Source of the DNA: a candidate division FCPU426 bacterium
GTDB taxonomy: Bacteria; Oederibacteriota; Muellerivitia; Muellerivitales; Muellerivitaceae
Reading direction: 5' to 3'
DNA: 64,000 bases
NCBI GenBank assembly: GCA_963719085.1
Contig: CAVRAL010000001.1
Span: 64,001-128,000 of the forward strand
The notes under the pieces were generated by a model. The model saw nothing but the letters and a program-made list of their open reading frames with translations, did no database searches and was not told where the DNA came from. The first letter of the stretch is position 1. Each line of letters begins with the position of its first letter. Below are positions 1 to 8,555 of this stretch, piece by piece. A program made the translations under genes and the position numbers.

Positions 1-405
1 CATCGCTATGAGAAGGCGATGGATCGTCTCCAGTCAAAAGGAATCCCCGTTTCATTGTTTATTGATCCTGCACCCCGGTCGGTCCAAGTTTCGGCCCGGT
101 TAGGCGCGACTTATATTGAGATCCACACCGGCGCTTACAGCCGAGCTTTTCGATTAAAAAAATCCGCCCTGGTGAAAAAAGAATGGTTGAAAGTGGTTTA
201 CGCCGCCAAGTTGGGGGCCGGCTTAGGGCTTCGGGTTCACGCGGGACATGGTTTGACCTATCAAAATACCGCCGCGATCGCGCGGATTCCGGAAATCGAG
301 GATTTGAACACAGGCCACAATATCGTGGCCCGGGCGACCCTGGTGGGGATGGAAAAAGCCGTCCGGGAGATGCTTCAAATTATGCGTTCGGCCCAAAAGC
401 GGTAG
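1..405 (+). CDS. pdxJ: Pyridoxine 5'-phosphate synthase, C-terminal part (5' end outside window)
   Basis: Motifs VSLFIDP, IEIHTGAY, VHAGHGLTYQN and LNTGHNIVARA...GMEKAVREM are typical of PdxJ. The frame is open from the window edge. Confidence 0.93.
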   Translation, partial: HRYEKAMDRLQSKGIPVSLFIDPAPRSVQVSARLGATYIEIHTGAYSRAFRLKKSALVKKEWLKVVYAAKLGAGLGLRVHAGHGLTYQNTAAIARIPEIEDLNTGHNIVARATLVGMEKAVREMLQIMRSAQKR

Positions 406-446
406 AATTAAGCAACGGGGTTTATCTCGATTTGAGGGAGGCGGGT

Positions 447-764
447 ATGGGAAAACTTATTTTGTTCGCGGTGGTCTTGGCGGTCGGCTCGATTGGATAC
501 CTCTTGTGGAACACCAAGCCCGATACGCCGCCCCAACAAACTTTGACGGGCTATACCCAAGGGCTGCAATCTTCCGAACAAAAGGCCGAAGCGGCGGCCT
601 CCGGCGCCAATCTTGAGAATGTGAGGATGGCGGTGGAAAAGTATAAAAATGAAAAGGGCGCCTCTCCCGCGTCCTTGCAGGATCTGGTGCCCAATTACCT
701 GGATCACGTGCCGGGCGGGGTCCAATATGACCCGGCCACCGGTACGGTCTCCACGGCGCCTTGA
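447..764 (+). CDS. Small membrane-anchored protein with pilin/pseudopilin-like C-terminal motif
   Basis: ATG 447 follows a GAGGGAGG Shine-Dalgarno (SD). N-terminal hydrophobic helix (LILFAVVLAVGSIGYLLW). C-terminus AVEKYKNEKGASPASLQDLVPNYLDHVP...YDPATGTV resembles GspG-like heads. Confidence 0.7.
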   Translation: MGKLILFAVVLAVGSIGYLLWNTKPDTPPQQTLTGYTQGLQSSEQKAEAAASGANLENVRMAVEKYKNEKGASPASLQDLVPNYLDHVPGGVQYDPATGTVSTAP

Positions 765-774
765 TCCGCCTCCG

Positions 775-1290
775 TTGAAAAAATCAAAACCCCTGATCGA
801 CGAGGCCCAGGCCTATCGTTATGCCCTCTGGCTTTTAAATCGAAGGCCCCACAGCAGCGGTGAATTGCTTGAAAAATTTCATCGTCGGACCTTGCCGGTG
901 GAAATCGCCCATAAGGTTTTGGCCAAGCTTCAGCAAAAAAAATTCGTGGATGACGCGGCCTTCGCGGAAGGATTCGCCCATTCCCGCGCTAAGCGCAGCT
1001 GGGGACCCGGCAAAATAAGGGTGGCCCTCCAGAAAAAGAAAATTCCACGGGATTTGGCCGGGAAATCGGTGGCCTCGGCTTTCCCCGAGCAAGCGGAAGC
1101 CCAAAAGGCCTTGGAATTGTTAGAAAGACAAAAACAAAGATTTTTGCGCAAAAAAGAGAAGAAAAAAGGCCAAAGGCCCGCTTGGGCCTTCGATTATCTG
1201 GTGCGAAAGGGCTATTCTTTTCAATCGGCCCGTCTCGCCGTGAAGGAGGTTTTCAGCTATAATTCCGGCCTTCCTGAGGAAGAAACTTAA
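775..1290 (+). CDS. recX: Regulatory protein RecX
   Basis: ALWLLNRRPHSSGEL, FVDDAAFA, WGPGKIRVALQKKKI and YLVRKGYS match the three RecX repeats. Located directly upstream of alaS. The start (TTG 775) is uncertain. Confidence 0.88.
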   Translation: MKKSKPLIDEAQAYRYALWLLNRRPHSSGELLEKFHRRTLPVEIAHKVLAKLQQKKFVDDAAFAEGFAHSRAKRSWGPGKIRVALQKKKIPRDLAGKSVASAFPEQAEAQKALELLERQKQRFLRKKEKKKGQRPAWAFDYLVRKGYSFQSARLAVKEVFSYNSGLPEEET

Positions 1291-1302
1291 CTGAGGTTTT
1301 TT

Positions 1303-3969
1303 ATGAGCGTGCCCACAAGCGGAAGTGAAATTCGAAAAGCCTACCTGGATTTTTTTAAGTCCAAAAACCACAAAATTGTCCCTTCGTCTTCCTTAGTGCC
1401 GGAAAATGACCCCACCCTGCTACTTTCGAACGCCGGAATGAATCAGTTCAAACCTTATTTTTTAGGGACGATCCCTTTTCCCAACAGCGTGCCTTACGCC
1501 GCTTCCTGCCAAAAATGTTTCCGCACGGGCGATCTGGAGCGCGTGGGTTATACGGCCCGGCACCATACCTTTTTCGAGATGTTGGGTAATTTTTCTTTCG
1601 GTGGTTATTTTAAAAAAGAAGCCATTGAGTGGGCCTGGGAATTCGTGACCGCTATTTTAAAATTGGATCCCTCGCTTTTGTGGGTGACGGTTTTTGAGAA
1701 TGACGATGAGGCCATTGAGCTTTGGAAAAAGACGGCCAATCTTCCCCCGGAGCGCATCCGGCGCATGGGCGCCGATTCCAACTTTTGGACCATGGGGCCA
1801 ACGGGCCCCTGCGGCCCTTGCTCGGAAATTTACGTCGACTTGAAGCCGGAGCTGGGCCCGACGAAGAATTTTGAGGCGGACGCCGAGGCCGGCCGCTACC
1901 TTGAAATTTGGAACCTGGTTTTTACCCAGTTTGATAAACAAGAAGACGGAAGCTTGAAGCCCCTTCCCAAACCCAATATCGACACCGGGATGGGATTGGA
2001 ACGGGTGGCCAGCGTCATGCAAAAGGTCCCTTCCAACTTTGAGACGGACCTTTTAACCCCTTTGGTAGCGGCAATCGCCAATAGGTTGGGTGTTTCCAAC
2101 GCGGTTGATTCGGCCGCTTATACCTCCCTGAAAGTTATCAGCGATCACTTGCGGGCCATGACCTTCTTGATCGCGGATGGCGTTTTACCCTCCAATGAAG
2201 GCCGCGGGTATGTTCTGAGGCGTATTCTTCGCCGGGCGGTTCGCCATGGGAAAATGTTGGGGGCGTCCAAGCCGTTTTTAAACGCCCTGGTCCCCGAAGT
2301 CGGAAAAGTAATGGGCGCGATTTACCCCGAAGTAACGGATCGCCAGGCGCATATTATGAATGTGGTCAAGGCCGAGGAAGAGCGCTTCCTTGAGACACTG
2401 GACGCGGGACTGGAAAGATTAACTCAAAAAATGGAAGCTTTGGGAAAAGCCGGAACCCACACCCTGCCGGGTGAGGACGCTTTTATGCTTTATGACACCT
2501 ATGGTTTTCCTTTGGACTCCACGAAAGAGTTTTTAAAGGAAAATGGCTGGAAAGTCGATGAGGCGGGTTTTCAAAAGGCCATGGAAGGCCAAAAGGAAAA
2601 GGCTCGATCCGCCTGGAAGGGAAGCAGTGACGGAGTGTTGCCTCCCCTCTACAAAGAAATGGAGTCGAAGCTCGGCGCGACCGTGTTCAAAGGCTATGAA
2701 AAGATAAAAGATTTGGGTCAAGTTTCGCTTTTGGTCCGGGTAAAGGATAAAAAGCACGAAGTCGTGGAAACCTTGGCGGAAGGCGATTACGGGTTTGTGA
2801 TTCTCAATCAAACACCCTTCTACGCCGAAAAAGGCGGACAGGTAGGGGATAAGGGCGCCCTGCAAGGCTTTAACTCCTCCGAGGTTTCCTGGGCGGACGT
2901 ATTAGACACCCAAATGGTTTCAGACACGCTGATTGGACATTGGGTTTTCATGAAGCGGGGAAAATTGGCTGTCGGCCAAAAGGTGGAAGCCACGGTGGAA
3001 GAAAGCGAGCGCCGCGCCACTATGCGCAACCACACCGCCACCCATCTTTTACACGCGGCTTTGCGGAGGGTTTTGGGCGCCCATGTGGGCCAGGCCGGCA
3101 GTTATGTGGGTCCGGACCGTTTGCGATTCGATTTCACCCATTTCGAGGGCTTGAAGCCTGAGGAAGTCCGCATAATTGAGAAGATGGTCAACCAGCAGGT
3201 CCTCGACAACATCGAACTCACCAAACAAGAAATGACTTTTGATGAGGCCAAGAAAAAGGGCGCATTGGCTTTCTTCAGCGAAAAATACGGTGAGAAGGTG
3301 CGGGTGGTGGATGTTCCCGGCTTTTCCATGGAACTTTGCGGCGGGACCCATGTCAATCGCACGGGCGACATCGGACTTTTTAAAATACTCAGCGAGTCTT
3401 CCGTGGCCTCGGGAGTGAGGCGCATTGAGGCGGTTACCGGCGAAGGCTCGATCGAAAGGGTCTATCAAGAAGAGGGAATTCTCCAACAAGTGGGCCAACT
3501 TTTAAAAAGCTCGGAAGTGGATTTAAGCGGCCGGGTGGAAGCCCTGCTTTTAGAAATGAAAACCAAGGATAAGGAATTGGCCTCGTTGAAATCAAAACTC
3601 GCCGGAAGCTTGGTTGATGAAATTCTGGAAAAGAAAAAAGAAGTAAAGGGGATTTCGGTGGTCGTGGCCCGAACCGACGAGCTGGATCCCGAAGGCATGC
3701 GTCAATTGATCGATGCAGTGAAAGAAAAAATCGGCAGCGGCGTGATCGTTTTGGCCAGCGGCAAGCCATCCATCGCCTTTATCGCCGGTGTGACCAAAGA
3801 CCTGACAGGAAAAGTAAAGGCCGGGGATTTGGTGAAGGAAGTGGCCAAGGTGGCGGGCGGCGGCGGCGGTGGACGGCCGGATTTGGCCCAAGCCGGCGGT
3901 AAAGACGCCTCCAAAGTCGATGAAGCCTTGCGCCAAGTCATCCCGTTTATTGAAAAGACCCTTTCTTAA
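1303..3969 (+). CDS. alaS: Alanine--tRNA ligase
   Basis: NAGMNQFK, RHHTFFEMLGNFSFG, IDTGMGLER, editing motifs HTATHLLH and ELCGGTH, and the C-terminal GGGGGRPDLAQAGG. Confidence 0.99.
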   Translation: MSVPTSGSEIRKAYLDFFKSKNHKIVPSSSLVPENDPTLLLSNAGMNQFKPYFLGTIPFPNSVPYAASCQKCFRTGDLERVGYTARHHTFFEMLGNFSFGGYFKKEAIEWAWEFVTAILKLDPSLLWVTVFENDDEAIELWKKTANLPPERIRRMGADSNFWTMGPTGPCGPCSEIYVDLKPELGPTKNFEADAEAGRYLEIWNLVFTQFDKQEDGSLKPLPKPNIDTGMGLERVASVMQKVPSNFETDLLTPLVAAIANRLGVSNAVDSAAYTSLKVISDHLRAMTFLIADGVLPSNEGRGYVLRRILRRAVRHGKMLGASKPFLNALVPEVGKVMGAIYPEVTDRQAHIMNVVKAEEERFLETLDAGLERLTQKMEALGKAGTHTLPGEDAFMLYDTYGFPLDSTKEFLKENGWKVDEAGFQKAMEGQKEKARSAWKGSSDGVLPPLYKEMESKLGATVFKGYEKIKDLGQVSLLVRVKDKKHEVVETLAEGDYGFVILNQTPFYAEKGGQVGDKGALQGFNSSEVSWADVLDTQMVSDTLIGHWVFMKRGKLAVGQKVEATVEESERRATMRNHTATHLLHAALRRVLGAHVGQAGSYVGPDRLRFDFTHFEGLKPEEVRIIEKMVNQQVLDNIELTKQEMTFDEAKKKGALAFFSEKYGEKVRVVDVPGFSMELCGGTHVNRTGDIGLFKILSESSVASGVRRIEAVTGEGSIERVYQEEGILQQVGQLLKSSEVDLSGRVEALLLEMKTKDKELASLKSKLAGSLVDEILEKKKEVKGISVVVARTDELDPEGMRQLIDAVKEKIGSGVIVLASGKPSIAFIAGVTKDLTGKVKAGDLVKEVAKVAGGGGGGRPDLAQAGGKDASKVDEALRQVIPFIEKTLS

Positions 3970-4088
3970 ATGAAACGTTGGCTGCGCCGCTCTTTTTTAA
4001 GGACATCAATGAAGGCGGCATGGCGCCAACTTGACCGTAATAGCCGGATATTGAAACTCGGGGTTCAATATCCGGCCAAGGATACGCC
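3970..4088 (+). mobile_element. 119-nt insert bounded by a 15-bp imperfect direct repeat of the ruvX start, with a 13-bp hairpin; also reads as a 40-aa ORF (3970-4092)
   Basis: ATGAAACGTTGGCTG (3970) versus ATGAAGCGTTGGCTG (4089). Inverted repeat GCCGGATATTGAA/TTCAATATCCGGC (4043-4076). Its nature as a mobile element is inference. Confidence 0.4.
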
Positions 4089-4523
4089 ATGAAGCGTTGG
4101 CTGGCTCTCGACTTGGGGCGGGTGCGCATTGGAGTGGCCCTGTCCGATCCATTGGGATTGACCGCTCAGCCTCTGATGGTTTTAAAATCGGAAGGAACCC
4201 AAAAAGATATCATTGCCATCGGGCAGTTGGTGGATGAGAAACAAGTCACTCAAATTATCGTGGGGCTTCCTTTTAATATGGACGGAAGCGAAAGCGCCAC
4301 CACCCAAAAGGTGCGGGACTTCACGGCCAAGCTGGCCGATCGTTTAAACGTGCCGGTTTTTTATGTGGATGAGCGTTTGACCAGCAAACAAGCCGAACGG
4401 GCCATGATTGAGGGCGGGGCCCGCCGGGAAAAGCGCAAAGAGAAAATCGATCAAGTCGCGGCGGCGCTCATTTTGCAATCCGCTTTAGAAGGGGCGCCCT
4501 TGAGGGCGGTGGAAAAATCATGA
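4089..4523 (+). CDS. ruvX: RuvX/YqgF RNase H-fold nuclease (pre-16S rRNA processing / putative resolvase)
   Basis: LALDLGRVRIGVALSD, IVGLP..MDG, VDERLTS and IDQVAAALILQ. Lies in the alaS-ruvX-mltG context. Confidence 0.96.
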   Translation: MKRWLALDLGRVRIGVALSDPLGLTAQPLMVLKSEGTQKDIIAIGQLVDEKQVTQIIVGLPFNMDGSESATTQKVRDFTAKLADRLNVPVFYVDERLTSKQAERAMIEGGARREKRKEKIDQVAAALILQSALEGAPLRAVEKS

Positions 4524-5593
4524 AAAAAATCAAGAGGCGACAACTCATTCAACTGGGCGCCCTGACTTTAGGTTTGGGATTGGCCTGTCTTTTTTATATT
4601 TTTTTTCCGCCTTTTTTTAAGTCCCGTCAGCTTTCGGATATTCCGGTTTATTCCAAAAGCACCACCCGTCAGATCGCCCGGGAACTAAAAGAAAAAGGAA
4701 TTGTCTCCTTTTCTTTTCCTTTTAAAGTTCTGGCCAAGCTCACCCGGGTGGACCGCAGTCTTAAGTCCGGGCTTTACCAGCTGTCGCCTTCCATGAGCCT
4801 TTGGCAGGTTTTGCGGACGCTTTCTTCAGGCAAAAGCGAGCTTTTAACCCTCCGGATACCGGAAGGTTATACGGCCGCTCAAATTGGCGCTGAACTGCAA
4901 AAGATGGGGGTGGTGTCCGAAGCGGATTTCTTAAAGGCTATTCAGGATCCGGCGCTTACCGGAAAATTGGGAATCCATGGACCGAGCTTGGAAGGTTTTC
5001 TTTTCCCCCAAACTTACCGGGTGCCCCTGGGCGCCAGTGTGACGGACTTGGCGGGATTACTGTCCGAACAATTCTCCCAAAGCGTGGGGGATGATTACGC
5101 GCGCCGCTGCATCGGCCGTAACCTGAACCTTTACCAAGCGGTGATTCTTGCGTCGATCGTGGAAAAAGAAGCCAGGACCCCGGAAGATCAGGCGATCGTG
5201 GCCGGTATTCTTTACAACCGCATGCGTTTGAAAATGCGGCTCGAGGTCAACGCCACCCTGAATTACGTGCTCAATAATAAAAATCCCTGGCTTCAAGAAG
5301 ACCAATTGGGGACGCAGTCGCCTTATAACACGTATTTACACCGGGGGCTGCCGCCCACGCCCATCTGTAATCCCGGCCTCACGGCCCTCACGGCGGTGGC
5401 GCAACCCGCCGACGTGCCTTACCTTTATTACGTGGCCAAGGGAGACGGTACCAACCTTTACGCCGTGACCTTCGCGGATCATCAAAAAAACGTTATCGCG
5501 GCCAAACATATCCGGCATCTCAAACGGGTGCGGCAAGCCTTGGAAGATAAGGCCGCCGCTCAGGCCAAACCCGGGGCATCGCCCACGCCTTAG
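4520..5593 (+). CDS. mltG: Endolytic transglycosylase MltG
   Basis: N-terminal TM helix, IPEG, LEGFLFPQTY, LASIVEKEA (catalytic Glu), SPYNTY..GLPPTPICNPG and YLYYV. Confidence 0.96.
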   Translation: MKKIKRRQLIQLGALTLGLGLACLFYIFFPPFFKSRQLSDIPVYSKSTTRQIARELKEKGIVSFSFPFKVLAKLTRVDRSLKSGLYQLSPSMSLWQVLRTLSSGKSELLTLRIPEGYTAAQIGAELQKMGVVSEADFLKAIQDPALTGKLGIHGPSLEGFLFPQTYRVPLGASVTDLAGLLSEQFSQSVGDDYARRCIGRNLNLYQAVILASIVEKEARTPEDQAIVAGILYNRMRLKMRLEVNATLNYVLNNKNPWLQEDQLGTQSPYNTYLHRGLPPTPICNPGLTALTAVAQPADVPYLYYVAKGDGTNLYAVTFADHQKNVIAAKHIRHLKRVRQALEDKAAAQAKPGASPTP

Positions 5594-5649
5594 TCTTTCA
5601 GCTTCCTTTCTTCTTGCGGGAAGCCCCATCCTGCTTTAACTTAAGCCCC

Positions 5650-6339
5650 ATGATGATTCAACTCTTCCACCTGACGAAGATCCATTCCTCGGGCGTCAAG
5701 GTCCTGGATAACGCCTTTTTAACGGTCGCCGAAGGGGCTTTCGTGGTGGTGGCGGGTGAGAACCGGGCCGGAAAAAGCACTTTGCTTCGGATTTTAGCCG
5801 GAGAGGACAAACCCACCTCCGGGACTGTTCTCATCTATCAAAAATCGATCTACGACCTTGGACCGAGAGAAAAGCGGGAATGGCTTGCCCAAACCGGCTT
5901 TATTTTCCCCGACTTAAAACTTTTCCCCGATAAGACCGTGGAAGAAAACGTGCTTTTTCCTTTGCGGGTCCGGGGTTCCTTTGAGGAAGATCAAAAAATA
6001 CCCGTGGGAAAGCTGCTTCAAAGGGCGGGCCTTGAGGCCAAGGTCCATCAGAAGCCTTCCGATCTTTCGGCCGTGGAACAGCGCATGGGAGTGGCTTTGA
6101 GGGCCATGGTATTTAAACCACAACTTCTTTTGGCTGATGATCCTTTCTTGGGAATGGATGAAAAATCAACCCTGGCGCTTTGGCGTCTTTTTATCGAGTT
6201 GAATAAATCAGGGAGCACGGTTTTGATTTCTTTGCAACGGAGCGAGGATTTGGCCGTCGCCGTTGACACCTTAAAAGAAACCCCGCTTCAAATGGTTCAA
6301 CTCAAGGATGGCCAATTGTCTCCCGTGGAGGCTTCTTAA
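5650..6339 (+). CDS. ftsE: FtsE-like ABC ATP-binding protein with degenerate catalytic motifs
   Basis: ABC fold (GENRAGKST, TVEENV, LSAVEQR, LLLADDP) directly upstream of ftsX-envC-ctpA. Confidence 0.8.
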   Translation: MMIQLFHLTKIHSSGVKVLDNAFLTVAEGAFVVVAGENRAGKSTLLRILAGEDKPTSGTVLIYQKSIYDLGPREKREWLAQTGFIFPDLKLFPDKTVEENVLFPLRVRGSFEEDQKIPVGKLLQRAGLEAKVHQKPSDLSAVEQRMGVALRAMVFKPQLLLADDPFLGMDEKSTLALWRLFIELNKSGSTVLISLQRSEDLAVAVDTLKETPLQMVQLKDGQLSPVEAS

Positions 6340-6340
6340 A

Positions 6341-7243
6341 ATGAACGCGATCGCCAGGTTCTTTTATGTGATTCAGGAGGGTATCCGGCAAATGATCCGG
6401 GCCAAGGGCCTGTCGGTGGCGGTGGTGATCACGGTGGCGGCAGCCCTTTTCCAGCTTTCCATTTTTTTAGGGATCGACCGGGTTTTGGATCGGGCGCTCT
6501 CTTCCGCCCAGGAAAATTTTGAGTTGGTGGTGTTTCTGTCGCCCTCGGCGAAAGGCGCGGACCGGGACCGGATCCAATCGCTCTTGAACGCCGATCCCCA
6601 AGTGGCTTCCGTCAAGGTGGTGACCCGGGACGAGGCCTTGGCCGAGTTCCGCAAGGACCCGGAAATTGACCAGATGATCCAGGCCCTGGGTGAAAATCCA
6701 TTGCCCGACTCCTTTGACGTGACCTTGAAAAAAGACGCCGCGGGCCACGTGAACGACCTCGTCACCCGTCTTCAAAAAGACCCCCAGGTGGATGAGGTCA
6801 ATTACGGCAAAGGCCAATGGGAAGCCTTGTCGAAGCTTTTGAATTTGGTGCGCTGGGTGGGAGCGGGCTTGGGAGGATTTATTTTTCTGGCGGCCCTTTT
6901 TATCATTTCCAACACCCTCACCCTTTCGCTTTGGGCCCGCCGGGAAGACTTGGCTCTCATGGCGCGGTTAGGCGCGCCTTCGTGGATGCGTTGGGGCCCC
7001 TATTTATGGGAAGGCCTGCTTCAAGGTTTTTTTGGCGCCGTTTTGGTTTGTGTCTTTCTTTGGGTTTTTCATTTCAGCGCGGGGTGGCTATTAAGCGCTT
7101 ATGGCGGCTTTTCCGGAATCCTGGACCTTCCACTCAATGATTGGATGAACCTCGACTTGACCCTTTGTTTTTTGGGCGCCGTCCTGGGCGCTTTAGGCGC
7201 CTCCTTGGCCCTGCGCAAAAAATGGGTTTGGGAATTTCAGTGA
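6341..7243 (+). CDS. ftsX: Cell division permease FtsX
   Basis: TM1, a large periplasmic loop with ENPLPDSF, IISNTLTLSLWARREDL..M..LGA, and PYLWEGLLQG. Four TM helices. Confidence 0.93.
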   Translation: MNAIARFFYVIQEGIRQMIRAKGLSVAVVITVAAALFQLSIFLGIDRVLDRALSSAQENFELVVFLSPSAKGADRDRIQSLLNADPQVASVKVVTRDEALAEFRKDPEIDQMIQALGENPLPDSFDVTLKKDAAGHVNDLVTRLQKDPQVDEVNYGKGQWEALSKLLNLVRWVGAGLGGFIFLAALFIISNTLTLSLWARREDLALMARLGAPSWMRWGPYLWEGLLQGFFGAVLVCVFLWVFHFSAGWLLSAYGGFSGILDLPLNDWMNLDLTLCFLGAVLGALGASLALRKKWVWEFQ

Positions 7244-8490
7244 AGCTTTTGAGACCCGCGCTTTTCACGGGAGTGATTTTTCTTTTGTCCTGGCCCGGCA
7301 CCCCCTTGGGGGCGCAAACCCCGGCCCCGGTGTCCACGACGGCTTTAGCGCCGGCGGATGCCCGCAAAATCCAGAAAAAAATCCAAACGAATAAAAAAAG
7401 CCTCGGTGAGATTGAGAAAAAACTGGCGGAAGAAAAACGCCGGCAGGCGCTTGACGCGCTTCGGGAACAAAACGTGTTGAACCGCCTCCAGCAAGCCGAC
7501 CAGAGACTGAATCAGCTCAAACGGGAGAAACAAGCCAACCAAAAGGACCTGAACCAGACCCAGGCCCAGACCCGCTTGCTTCACGTGGAAGTGGAATTGA
7601 GCCGTTCCCAATTGGATCAAAGCCGTCAATTGATGCGCCAACGCCTGCGGGACCTTTACCGCATGTCCTTTCAAGAACCTTTTTTGGGAGGGTGGCTGGA
7701 CGCGGGAAATTTCGCTGACTTGGCGCGTAAATTGAAATTCGAGATGCTCTTAGCCCAAAGTAACGAGAAACTTCTATCCCAAACCCAGCGTCAAAACGAT
7801 GAGTTGACCCAATCCTCCAGCCAGTTGGACGAGCAGGAGCGACATAAAAAACGCGTGGTGGACGCGCTGGGGCACCAAGAAAAAAACTACACGCATCAGC
7901 AAAGAAACCGCGCGTTGTTTCTGGCCACGATCCGCCGGCAGCAATCCCTTCGGGAACAAACGATCGCCGAGCTCAACCAGGCCGCGGAAGACTTGAAGTC
8001 GAAAGTTTCCACCTTGCTTCAACAGTCCGAGGCGGCCAAACAACAGCCCTCTTATATCCCGGCGGGGAACGGATTGGCGGTCGTGCGGGGACGGATTCCT
8101 TGGCCGGTCTCCGGGACCATCGTGTCTTTTTTCGGTCCCCAGCACAGCCGGGAGTTCAACGCCACGGTGGTTAATACGGGCATTCAAATTCAGGCACCGA
8201 CCGGCACGCCTTTCAAGGCGGTGGCCGCAGGCACCGTGCGCTACGCCGATTGGTTTAAAGGTTATGGAAAACTAGTGATTTTGGATCACGGACAAGGGTA
8301 TTATTCTCTCTACGCCCAAGCCTCCGAATTGAGCGTTTCCACGGGGCAAACGGTGGCCGCGGGACAACCCTTAGGGTTGGTCGGGGATACGGGTTCGCTT
8401 TTGGACTCGAGCAGCCTTTATTTTGAGATCCGCAAGGATGGGCAACCGGAAGACCCGGTCCGCTGGCTTAAACACCAGTCCCAAAACTAA
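7240..8490 (+). CDS. envC: Murein hydrolase activator EnvC family (coiled coil + degenerate M23)
   Basis: Signal peptide, long coiled coil, and a C-terminal LytM domain (WPVSG, GYGKLVILDHG, LYFEIR) lacking Zn ligands (NTGIQ for HxxxD, LYF for HxH), as in EnvC. Confidence 0.88.
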   Translation: MKLLRPALFTGVIFLLSWPGTPLGAQTPAPVSTTALAPADARKIQKKIQTNKKSLGEIEKKLAEEKRRQALDALREQNVLNRLQQADQRLNQLKREKQANQKDLNQTQAQTRLLHVEVELSRSQLDQSRQLMRQRLRDLYRMSFQEPFLGGWLDAGNFADLARKLKFEMLLAQSNEKLLSQTQRQNDELTQSSSQLDEQERHKKRVVDALGHQEKNYTHQQRNRALFLATIRRQQSLREQTIAELNQAAEDLKSKVSTLLQQSEAAKQQPSYIPAGNGLAVVRGRIPWPVSGTIVSFFGPQHSREFNATVVNTGIQIQAPTGTPFKAVAAGTVRYADWFKGYGKLVILDHGQGYYSLYAQASELSVSTGQTVAAGQPLGLVGDTGSLLDSSSLYFEIRKDGQPEDPVRWLKHQSQN

Positions 8491-8555
8491 GATAAAAATC
8501 ATAAACCAGGGTCTTGGCCGTTGATGGTTTCCAAAAAACAAGTCGTGGAGGATCT

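Noticed and set aside
8090..8490. EnvC M23 domain lacking Zn ligands as a pseudogene or novelty
   Set aside because: A degenerate LytM site is the normal state of EnvC-family activators.
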